Assembly: GCA_965203445.1 (NCBI GenBank)
Contig: OZ241883.1
Location: forward strand, 640,001 to 704,000
Direction of reading: 5' to 3'
Origin: Candidatus Oxydemutator sp.
GTDB lineage: Bacteria; Pseudomonadota; Gammaproteobacteria; Poriferisulfidales; Oxydemutatoraceae
DNA: 64,000 bases
How positions within the stretch are numbered: the first letter of the stretch is position 1; the number at the start of each line of letters is the position of its first letter. The translations under genes were made by a program, and so were the position numbers. Below the pieces are notes generated by a model that was not told the DNA's origin, made no database searches, and was given only the letters and a program-made list of their open reading frames with translations. Positions 36,001-36,907 of this stretch are shown one piece after another.

Positions 36001-36904
36001 TCTCCATCTCGTCGTAATGGGGAAACGCCGCCCGATAAGCCCGATAAGCGGCCTCGTTGGCACTGCTCACGCCCGCCAGCCCGGCACCGCCCAGGTCGTA
36101 ACGGATCGCCGCCAACTGCGACGTCGTCGCCACCTCTATCAAGTTGTCGTCGTCAAAGTCGTAGTCCACGCGATCACGCACCTCGACCGTCACCACGTCC
36201 ACGCCCGTCGCACCGCGCGCGTCCGCAACCGTCAACTCGAACACCAGCGTCTCCGCCACCGCCACCCGCGGCACCGCGAACGTCGCCGTCTCCGACGTGG
36301 CGCCCGTCACCCCGACGACCGTGCCGCTGAGCTGACGCCACCGATACGTCAACTCCTCGCCTTCCGGATCATCCGCGACGCCGCGCAGCGTAACCACGTC
36401 GCCCTCGCTCACGATCACGTCGGAACCCGCGTCCACCATCGGCGCGTCGTTCGCGCCCGCGCGCACCGTGATCACCACCGTGTTCGTCGTATTGCCGACC
36501 AGCTGCCGTTCCACGGGCGACGACAAACCCCGCACGTCGGTTACCACCAGCGCGAACTCAAGCGTCTCGTCGTCCACCAACTGCGTCGGTGCCAGGAACG
36601 TCGTGCTGCGCGCCGCGGCGTCGCGCAACGCCACCGTGGCGCCGCCGGTCTGACGCCATGCGTACCTCAGCGGCTCGTTGTGCGAACTGCTGCTCGCGGC
36701 GCCGTCCAAAGTCACCACGGCACCCTCGGACACGGTCTGATCGGGCCCGGCGTGCGCCGTCGGCGCGACCGCTTCCTGGGCGGACACGGTAGCGACAACG
36801 GACAACCCTAATAGCAATAACAGACTACGCACCCCCCCCATCACTGGACCGCCGAGCGTTGGAGCAAGGGAGCGTCGGAGCGTTGAAGCGAGGAATCCGG
36901 CCAT
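5285..36904 (-). CDS. Giant modular surface protein/adhesin (gene C), 10,539 aa: signal peptide, 2 PKD-like domains, 21 x [Asp-rich cap + GLUG-type beta-helix + Calx-beta-like], terminal Calx-beta-like, HRNH/dockerin-like C-terminal domain
   Basis: Uninterrupted 31.6 kb ORF with 21 DYDxDxDxLI(E/D)VxTTSQL markers. Recurring motifs include FEGNGHVISNL/GLFG/VGGLVG (GLUG-type) and VSEG..DF..SASFSVxVxDDxxPExxE (Calx-beta-like). The true start may be Met22 (36841). Confidence 0.95.
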   Translation of the reverse strand: MAGFLASTLRRSLAPTLGGPVMGGVRSLLLLLGLSVVATVSAQEAVAPTAHAGPDQTVSEGAVVTLDGAASSSSHNEPLRYAWRQTGGATVALRDAAARSTTFLAPTQLVDDETLEFALVVTDVRGLSSPVERQLVGNTTNTVVITVRAGANDAPMVDAGSDVIVSEGDVVTLRGVADDPEGEELTYRWRQLSGTVVGVTGATSETATFAVPRVAVAETLVFELTVADARGATGVDVVTVEVRDRVDYDFDDDNLIEVATTSQLAAIRYDLGGAGLAGVSSANEAAYRAYRAAFPHYDEMETCPGTCAGYELSADLDLSSVNPAPGPGWKPLGGGVPRAVPGDAYTAVFEGNGHVIRNLRVARDGEWQIGLFGRVGAGGVIRNVGLHNAQVEMGGDSLFIGALVGDNEGEVLASYVIGGRVSGNAGVGGLIGGHYAGRLVASYADVEVHADGANVGGLIGEAGGASVVSASYSVGRVTGIYPIGGLIGNRVAGAVVESSYFDRERSRQGGCCGSRASHQLRTPTTAAGTIYEGWDKLHVDRVDQGGDGDYNDDAPWDFGTAFDYPVLVFGGATETRQARSRSQQEAQPEVSLAPTLIGSETVSEGGVALYAVRLPEALPVGVNATWDWSVGGGEVNADDIVGATTGSVTIESGQNRIAFSLTVRDDADAESFETMVVALSNARLTGAGVPARGVRLGVPAPVRTVIDPSDGVEKDYDVDGDTLIEVATTSQLAAIRHDLDGAGVTGVSDTNNVAYRKAFPFFDEASCPRACTGYELSADLDLSDVADWTPLGGGGTPDAYTAVFEGNGHVISNLRMSGGGVYGTGLFGIVGADGRIRNVGLRNAQVDLGRSSTYTGALVGRNEGKVAASYVSGGRISGASGVGGLIGGHYGRLVASYADVEVHAKASNAGGLVGEAGAASVVSASYSVGETTGGSRVGGLIGRRVATAGGGQFGVTVIAAVESSYFDKERSFRSSCCGTNEFGLDDVVAKTSSDLILPITAAGTIYAGWDKLNVDDVDQGGDGDYNDDAPWDFGSAFDYPVLVFGGATDTESARRTSQQQAQPEVSLTPTFAGSAGVSEGGTASYVVSLPESLPAGVTASWNWAVGGNQVSTDDFDGRTSGSVVIASGASSASFSVGVRDDVITELSEVMVVALSDAMLAGAPARVSLGVPASVSTVISPSDGAGRDYDLDDDTLIEVATTSQLAAIRHDLGGAGLAGVSGDANRAVYLAAFPFFEQTQTCPGASCTGYELSADLDLSSIPDWTPIGGGGSDEIPNDGAFPQDYRSCVTRQSRGTRVCWDGAPADYYYTAVFEGNGHVISNLRMNRDRRWWHMGLFGAVNANGIIRNVGLRNARVSLEDGGSSYIGALVGRNEGKVAASYVSGGRISGVFGVGGLIGGHYGSLVASYADVEVQADGRNVGGLVGEVAAASVVSASYSIGETAGGSRVGGLIGGYDIRPLLLNYADVLQSSYFDGQRSGQSSCCGRNPPSPDNTSRTSAELFSPTTAALTIYEGWDQLNVDDVDQEDDGDLNDDAPWDFGTVFDYPVLVFAGATETMAMRRTSQQQAQGVILVPTLAGSETVSEGGTASYVVSLAKVLPAGVSASWNWSVGGGEVDAADFVGTTGSVVIPSGAVSASFSVAVRADGVSELSEALVVTLTGARLAGAPAHVGLGVPLSVSTTIEASDAKDYDVDDDTLIEVATTSQLAAIRYDLGGVGIAGVSGDANRAAYLAAFPFFGDGQTCPSTCTGYELSNDLDLSDVEPAPGAGWTPLGGGVRLEDLPGDVYTAVFEGNGHVISNLRVARSGRWFHVGLFGNVGAGGRIRNVGLRNARMSLGRDSESAGALVGTNGGKVAASYVSGGRISGGTSVGGLIGINGGEVVASYADVEVHAGGANAGGLVGSDRSEGTVTASYSVGRPTGASANGLIGSRVTGSVVESSYFDKERSSQSSCCGRNSPDPDHTPRLSAELLFPTTVTDTIYAGWDQLNVDDVDQGRDGDLNDDAPWDFGTEFDYPVLVFGGATETEVARRTSQQEARPEVILTPALAGSAVVPEGGTASYVVRLPGALPAGVSASWNWSVGGGEVDADDFVGTTAGSVVIAAGAASASFSLRVRADGVPEPSEVIAIVLSDARFAGAPEGVALGVPLPVSTTIEFSDGIDYDEDDDTLIEVATTSQLAAIRYDLGGAGIAGVGKTNKSAYFAAFPVFGALQTCPSTCTGYELSSDLDLSGLNWTPLGGDTDYSRTGLRLRDALRDADYYSAVFEGNGHVISNLTMTRDGASYHMGLFGAVSAVGVIRNVGLHNARVELAAGVLGGGGDGGNQVGALVGRNEGKVAASYVIGGRVSGEEVVGGLVGGNFGVVVASYADAEVYIESGPTGGGLVGGSIVGSVVSASYSVGATTGRIDPSDNIARGMPSGLIGIKAIAAVVESSYFDTGRSGQSRCCGNSVPSPDNTPQTSNQLRAPTTAAGTIYAGWDQLNVDDVDQTGDDDLNDDAPWDFGTVFDYPVLVFGGATETMAMRRTSQQEAQPAVILAATLTGSVTVSEGEAASYVVSLPEALPTGASVRWDWVVGGGEAGIADFVGTTGVVVIGSGASSASFSVEVFDDAIPELSEVMVVTLSSAMPTGAPARARLGVPVSVRTAVEASDQMDYDRDDDTLIEVATTSQLAAIRYDLGGAGLAGVSSANEAAYRAYLAAFPFFGENETCPSTCTGYELSADLDLSAIPDWTPLGGGVRLEDFPGDFYTAVFEGNGHVISNLRVIGGGRRYHVGLFGAVGADGTVRNVGLRNARVGPLGSDSTYAGALVGRNEGTVAASYVIGGHISGASGVGGLIGDHRGRLVASYADVEVHADGSSVGGLVGEGRAASVVSASYSVGATTGSGTVGGLIGNRVAGAVVESSYFDAERSGLSGCCGSNPPSPDKTSKTSSQLRVPTTAAGTIYEGWDQLNVDRVDQGGDDDYNDDAPWDFGSAFDYPVLVFGGATETEMARRTSQREAQPQVSLAAALTGSVTVSEGEVASYVVRLPEALPTGASVRWHWEVGGGEVGDDDFVGATSGSVVIASGAVSASFSVTVLDDAVPEPSEVLVVTLSSAMPTGAPARARVGVPISVRTTIEASDQIDYDDDNDTLIDVATTSQLAAIRHDLGGAGIAGVSSADEAAYLAAFPFFGDGQTCPSTCTGYELSTDLDLSDVPNWTPIGGGITRAPWNYVPPERRYQAVFEGNGHVISNVTIRSTNNATARFDSVGFFGAVGVTGRIRNVGLNNVHTDVASRSVGAGALAGYNAGKVAACYVVGDGRQVRGGWDLGGLVGRLDGGVVVASYADVPVHQRSRGQNVGGLIGVVVNGGIVSASYALSRLTRDGDGLQGSPSGGLVGGYGSGTIQASYFDEGRSGQSDCCGNNRPTTDTAPRTSAQLRAPTAAAGTIYEGWDRLNVDGVDQGRDGDYNDDAPWDFGTTFDYPVLVFGGATDTQAARRTSQQQAQPQVILAPTLAGSATVSEGGTASYVVRLPEVLPTGVSASWSWAVGGEVDIADFVGTTAGNVVIEAGASSASFLLIVRADGEPELSEVLVVTLTDARLTGAPAHVSIGVPVSVRTTIELSDGTDYDDDDDTLIEVATTSQLAAIRYDLGGAGITGVVGKANRLAYFAAFPVFDEKQTCPSTCTGYELSADLDLSSVEPAPGAGWTPLGGGGDSLLDNYYTAVFEGNGHVISNLRVARGGRLSHTGLFGAVSAVGTVRNVGLRDARVSLGDHSTYIGALVGRNEGKVVASYVSGGRISGVWAVGGLIGGNYGRLVASYADVEVHAGGANAGGLVGEAGGASVVSASYAVGAATGNDKVGGLIGNRRVGGVVESSYFDVERSLRASCCGTNPGDLNNFAPKTSSQLRAPTTAAGTIYEGWDKLNVDRVDQGRDGDYNDDAPWDFGSVFDYPVLVFGGATDTQVARRTSQQRTQPRVSLAPTLAGSATVSEGEVASYVVRLPEVLPTGVTVSWSWTVGGDVGAADFVGTTAGSVVIGSGAVSASFSVTVLDDAVPELSEVLMVTLTGARLTGAPARGVSFGVPVSVRTTIELSDGTDYDDDNDTLIDVETTSQLAAIRYDLGGAGITGVGKTNKSAYFAAFPFFDAKQTCPSTCTGYELSADLDVSSVNPAPGAGWTPLGGGGDSLLDNYYTAVFEGNGHVVSNLRVARGGRLSHAGLFGAVGAGGVIRNVGLRNARVSVGDHSTFIGALVGRNDGEVAASYVSGGRISGVWGVGGLIGGHYGRLVASYADVEVHADGGTVGGLVGQAFVPSVVSASYSVGKPTGNTVGGLLGQRAVGAVVESSYFDVERSLRAGCCGTNPGDLNNVAPKTSSKLRVPTTAAGTIYEGWDKLNVDRVDQGRDGDLNDDAPWDFGTVFDYPVLVFGGATDTRQARRTLQQQAQGVILAPTLVGSATVPEGGTASYVVSLPEVLPAGVSASWNWAVGGVDVDAADFVGTTAGSVVIESGAVSASFSVRVFDDAVPELSEVLVVSLTGARLTGAPARVGVGVPVSVRTAIELSDGTNYDTDGDTLIEVRTTLQLAAIRHDLGGAGIAGVSDTNRANYFEAFSFFDEKQTCPSTCTGYELSADLDLSGIPDWTPIGGGIRRGSLPGNFYTAVFEGNGHVVSNLRVNRPGQRWYNVGLFGAVGAGGRIRNVGLRDARIFLGLESVYTGALVGRNEGKVAASYVIGGLIDGVHEIGGLIGGNFGRVVASYADVEVFAPRSAGGGLVGLGGAASVVSASYSVGRTAGWRTVAGLIGQHSDNTAVVESSYFDRERSGQSRCCGTYPPSPDNTSKTSNELRVPITATGTIYAGWDKLNVDDVDQGDDGDYNDDAPWDFGSVFDYPVLVFGGATETMAMRRTSQRQAQPQVSLAPTLTGSATVPEGGTASYVVSLPLVLPAGVSASWNWSVGGDEVDGDDFVGATTGSVVIESGTVSASFSVKVRDDDAPELSEVLMIALTGARLTGAPARVSVGVPAAVMTTIEFSDGIDYDDDNDSLIEVATTSQLAAIRHDLGGAGIAGVGKTNKSDYFAAFPVFGALQTCPSTCTGYELSNDLDLSGVDWTPLGGGARAVQPGNVPPVGIRYRAIFDGNGHVIRNVRIRSPSRNWHFVGLFGALGEAGWVRNVGLRDVEVEVQGGYGGSTGTAALVGYSYGRVAASYVSGGSVRGGWEVGGLVGANGGTLIASYADVSVAATERSLGGLVGRMLGSGVVSASYSVGRVLTSAGPRSVGGLVGGRSGSSVLSASYFDSERSGQSRCCGERVPGTDDAPKTSSELRTPTTATGTIYEGWDQLDVDGVDQGRDGDYNDDAPWHFGTVFDYPVLVFAGATATTVARRASQIEAQQTVTLRGSATVAEGETAEYTVGVPIEVPRPVTVSWVVAAVAGSDGAMPGDFRAGATATTALADFPTGTAIIMTGSSRTTFSVHVFDDQNAENPERFQVSVNLVADAGAEVALRSALPLVTTIEVSAGTDYDVDDDTLIEVETTSQLAAIRYDLGGVGPAGVSAANEEDYYAAFPFFDEARTCPSTCTGYELSADLDLSSIPDWTPLGGGVETLLEEDYYTAVFEGNGRVISNLRVARDGQFSHAGLFGAVSAVGVIRNVGLRNARVSLGAHSTYIGALVGRNDGQVAASYVSGGRISGASAVGGLIGDHRGRLVASYADVEVHAEESNVGGLVGEAGGASVVSASYSVGRPTGGTVGGLIGNRRVGAVVESSYFDRERSGRSRCCGTNPPTPDDASKASVELFFPTTAAGTIYEGWNQLNVDAVDQGDDGDYNDDAPWDFGGAFDYPVLVFGGSTETVQARRTSQRQAQRIILTPTLAGSETVSEGEVASYVVSFPMALPAGVATSWSWVVGGGEVGSADFVGTTAGSVVITSDVVSASFSVRVFDDAIPEFSEVLVVTLTGARLTGAPARVTSGVVSMMTTIEFSDGTDYDTDGDALIEVTTRSQLDAIRHDLGGAGLAGVSGDANRSAYLAAFPFFDERRTCVNTCAGYELSNDLDLSGMDWTPIGGGTRVRTRNNVPPAGIRYQGVFEGNGHVIRNMRIRSPSRPWHYVGLFSTLGGDGRVRNVGLRDVVVDVQGGREGSLGTGALVSFSYGQVAASYVSGGSVRGGSWVGGLMGVNLGTLVASYADVSVAGTDRSLGGLAGGMSGSGVVRASYSVSRVLPGEDSRSVGGLVGGRSRRSVLSASYFDSERSGQSRCCGERVPSTDNAPKTSSELRVPIAAAGTIYEGWDQLDVDRVDQGRDGDYNDDAPWHFGTVFDYPVLVFGGATATMVARRASQLGAQQTVTLRGSATVAEGETAEYTVGVPIEVPRPVTVSWVVAAVAGSDGAMPGDFRAGATATTALADFPAGTAIIMTGSSRTTFSVHVFDDQGAEDPERFQVDASIVADAGAELALRGALPSVTTIEASAGTDYDADADGLIDVETTSQLAMIRHDLGGVGPAGVGSANRAAYYAAFPFFDEKRTCPSTCTGYELSGDLDLSDVADWTPIGGGLGVEYPVDYYTAVFEGNGRVISNLTMTGDGQRYHVGLFGAVGADGAIRNVGLRNARVDLGHSSTYTGALVGRNEGKVAASYVIGGRVSGASRVGGLIGGHYGSLVASYADVEVHAEGSNAGGLVGEAGGASVVSASYSVGVTTGTATAGGLIGNRVVGAVVESSYFDAERSGLSRCCGTNVPTTDTAPRTSSQLRVPTTTAGTIYAGWDQLNVDGLDRGRDGDLNDDAPWDFGSVFDYPVLVFGGATDTEAARRTLQREAQPAVSLAPTLTGSETVSEGGTASYVVRLPQALPPGVRARWDWSVGGGEVDADDFVGVTASSVAIESGAVSASFSLRVRVDGEPELSEVLVVTLTGARLTGAPARVSLGVPLSVRTIIEASDETIYNGDGDTLIDVETTSQLAAIRYDLGGVGPAGVSDANRAAYYAAFPFFDEKRTCPSTCTGYELSNDLDLSDVADWTPIGGGSGVEYPVDYYTAVFEGNGRVISNLRVTGDGQRYHVGLFGAVGAVGTIRNVGLRNARVVLGHSSTYTGALVGRNEGKVAASYVSGGRVSGASRVGGLIGGHYGSLVASYADVEVHAEESDAGGLVGEAGGASVVSASYSVGVTTGTATVGGLIGNRVVGAVVESSYFDAERSGLSRCCGTNAPSSDDTSKTSSELRVPTTTAGTIYEGWDQLNVDGVARGRDGDLNDDSPWDFGSVFEYPVLVFGGSTETMQARRTLQREAQPAVSLAPTLAGSETVSEGGTASYVVRLPQALPPGVRVRWDWSVGGGEVDADDFVGVTASSVAIESGAVSASFSVAVFDDDAPELSEVLVVTLTGARLTGAPARGVDLGMPVSVRTIIEASDETIYNGDGDTLIDVETTSQLAAIRYDLGGVGPAGVSSANRAAYYAAFPFFDEKRTCPSTCTGYELSADLDLDSIADWTPIGGGSGVEYPVDYYTAVFEGNGRVISNLTMTGNGQRYHVGLFGAVGADGAIRNVGLRNARVDLGRSSTYSGALVGRNEGKVAASYVIGGRVSGAFGVGGLIGGHYGSLVASYADVEVQAEESNAGGLVGEAGGASVVSASYSVGVTTGTATAGGLIGNRVVGAVVESSYFDAERSGLSRCCGTNAPSSDTAPKTSSELRVPTTTAGTIYAGWDQLNVDGLDRIGDGDLNDDAPWDFGSVFEYPVLVFGGSTETMQARRTLQREAQPAVSLAPTLAGSETVSEGGTASYVVRLPQALPPGVRASWDWSVGGGEVDIADFIGVTASSVAIESGAVSASFSVGVFDDDEPELSEVLVVTLTGARLTGAPARVSLGVPLSVRTTIEASDETIYNGDGDTLIDVETTSQLAAIRYDLGGVGPAGVGKTNKSAYYAAFPFFDEKRTCPSTCTGYELSGDLDLSDVADWTPIGGGSGVEAPVDYYTAVFEGNGHVISNLTMATDGQRYHVGLFGAVGADGAIRNVGLRNARVDLGRSSTYTGALVGRNEGKVAASYVSGGRISGASRVGGLIGGHYGSLVASYADVEVHAEESNAGGLVGEAGGASVVSASYSVGVTTGTATAGGLIGNRVVGAVVESSYFDAERSGLSRCCGTNAPSPDDTSKTSSELRVPTTTAGTIYAGWDQLNVDGLDRIGDGNLNDDSPWDFGSVFDYPVLVFGGATDTEAARRTSQREAQPAVSLAPTLTGSETVSEGGTASYVVRLPQALPPGVRARWDWSVGGGEVDADDFIGATTGNVAIVSGAVSASFSVGVFDDDEPEFSEVLVVTLTGARLTGAPARGVDLGMPLSVRTIIEASDETIYNGDGDTLIDVETTSQLAAIRYDLGGVGLAGVSSANRAAYYAAFPFFDEKRTCPSTCTGYELSADLDLDSIADWTPIGGGSGVEYPVDYYTAVFEGNGRVISNLTMTGNGQRYHVGLFGAVGAGGAIRNVGLRNARVVLGRSSTYTGALVGRNEGKVAASYVIGGRISGASGVGGLIGGHYGRLVASYADVEVHAEGSNAGGLVGEAGGASVVSASYSVGVTTGTATVGGLIGNRVVGAVVESSYFDAERSGLSRCCGTNAPSSDDTSKTSSELRVPTTTAGTIYAGWDQLDVDGLDRGRDGNLNDDAPWDFGSVFEYPVLVFGGSTETVQARRTSQREAQPAVSLAPTLAGSETVSEGGTASYVVRLPQALPPGVRASWDWSVGGGEVDAADFVGTTAGNVVIVSGAVSASFSVGVRDDDAPEFSEVLVVTLTGARLTGAPARGVDLGMPVSVRTIIEASDETIYNGDGDTLIDVETTSQLAAIRYDLGGVGPAGVSSANKAAYYAAFPFFDEKRTCPSTCTGYELSNDLDLSDVADWTPIGGGSGVEYPVDYYTAVFEGNGRVISNLRVTGDGQRYHVGLFGAVGAVGTIRNVGLRNARVVLGHSSTYTGALVGRNEGKVAASYVSGGRVSGASRVGGLIGGHYGSLVASYADVEVHAEESDAGGLVGEAGGASVVSASYSVGVTTGTATVGGLIGNRVVGAVVESSYFDAERSGLSRCCGTNAPSSDDTSKTSSELRVPTTTAGTIYEGWDQLNVDGVARGRDGDLNDDSPWDFGSVFEYPVLVFGGSTETMQARRTLQREAQPAVSLAPTLAGSETVSEGGTASYVVRLPQALPPGVRVRWDWSVGGGEVDADDFVGVTASSVAIESGAVSASFSVTVFDDDAPELSEVLVVTLTGARLTGAPARGVDLGMPVSVRTIIEASDETIYNGDGDTLIDVETTSQLAAIRYDLGGVGPAGVSSANRAAYYAAFPFFDEKRTCPSTCTGYELSNDLDLSDVADWTPLGGGSGVEAPVDYYTAVFEGNGRVISNLTMTGNGQRYHVGLFGAVGADGAIRNVGLRNARVVLGRSSTYTGALVGRNEGKVAASYVSGGRISGASGVGGLIGGHYGSLVASYADVEVHAEESNAGGLVGEAGGASVVSASYSVGVTTGTATVGGLIGNRVVSAVVESSYFDAERSGLSRCCGTNAPSSDDTSKTSSELRVPTTAAGTIYAGWDQLDVDGLDRRGDGDLNDDSPWDFGSVFDYPVLVFGGATDTEAARRTSQREAQPAVSLAPTLTGSETVSEGGTASYVVRLPQALPPGVSVRWDWSVGGGEVDADDFVGVTASSVAIVSGAVSASFSVGVRDDDEPEFSEVLVVTLTGARLTGAPARGVDLGMPVSVRTIIEASDETIYNGDGDTLIDVETTSQLAAIRYDLGGVGLAGVGKTNKSAYYAAFPFFDEKRTCPSTCTGYELSGDLDLSDVADWTPIGGGSGVEYPVDSYTAVFEGNGRVINNLTMTGNGQRYHVGLFGAVGAAGVIRNVGLRNARVDLGRSSTYTGALVGRNEGKVAASYVIGGRISGASGVGGLIGGHYGGLVASYADVGVHAEESNAGGLVGEAGGASVVSASYSVGVTTGTATAGGLIGNRVVGAVVESSYFDAERSGLSRCCGTNAPSSDDTSKTSSELRVPTTTAGTIYAGWDQLNVDGLDRGRDGDLNDDAPWDFGSVFDYPVLVFGGSTETMQARRTSQREAQPAVSLAPTLAGSETVSEGGTASYVVRLPQALPPGVSVRWDWSVGGGEADADDFIGVTASSVVIESGAVSASFSLRVRVDGEPELSEVLAVTLTGARLTGAPARVVLGVPSTVARTTIEANELSQVTVAATSATVSESTTATFTIALSGGGDRAVVVDYEIAAASEGLTHEDLAAVHVAGRGAAGVRSVVSLPFTGSVVLNEAGVARIEVGVPSDGIGDEGRERFRLRLTGCPNCVTHLAELGTPSFADVGIFSERVVVVDARVVLQGALLAGAGRMRSDLAGLLPRRQPYGALPWEHPVTTTVPHAGAAVGLASVTSTIVDWVLVELRTGQNTTAAASSRPPTGGRAAGLLLSDGRIVGINEAASSVADALSLGGVRFEAELSEGEDLYVLIHHRNHLSVMSAIPAAATTGAGCEADYCVDFRVGQSHGGGQIAVGAGVYAMVAGDVDRNGVIDERDEVLIRVYNLSSLGAGDYRAAAAAGHYAVDADVDFDGEVLSADRYFVIENEGRRRMFSVH
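6480..17630 (-). repeat. Block of 8 highly similar modules (1392/1395 bp period)
   Basis: All eight share the GVE(Y/A)PVD(Y/S)Y loop and GQRYHVGLFG. Shadow ORFs recur at 7881, 9276, 10671 and 12066 (1395 bp spacing). Confidence 0.92.
6480..36170 (-). repeat. Tandem array of 21 modules of ~1.4 kb in gene C
   Basis: The TTSQLA marker lies near 36110, 34707, 33290, 31787, 30378, 28907, 27500, 26054, 24644, 23244, 21842, 20396, 19013, 17565, 16172, 14777, 13385, 11990, 10595, 9200 and 7805. Confidence 0.92.
36779..36841 (-). other. Predicted Sec signal peptide of gene C (MGGVRSLLLLLGLSVVATVSA|QEA) with a G8 tract at 36832-36839
   Basis: Basic residue, Leu-rich hydrophobic core and a VSA cleavage motif. 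Identical in gene B and nearly identical in gene D. Confidence 0.75.
36853..36892. repeat. Five degenerate 8-bp tandem repeats (consensus GGAGCGTT on +) at the B/C junction
   Basis: cgagcgtt ggagcaag ggagcgtc ggagcgtt gaagcgag. An identical copy lies at 47419-47458. Confidence 0.6.
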
Positions 36905-36907
36905 TGT

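Noticed and set aside
5285-36904. RTX/T1SS adhesin, autotransporter, or ZmpB/IgA1-type protease assignment
   Set aside because: I noticed no GGxGxDxL nonapeptide runs, C-terminal beta-barrel or HExxH motif. Only the GLUG-type repeats are shared with those families.
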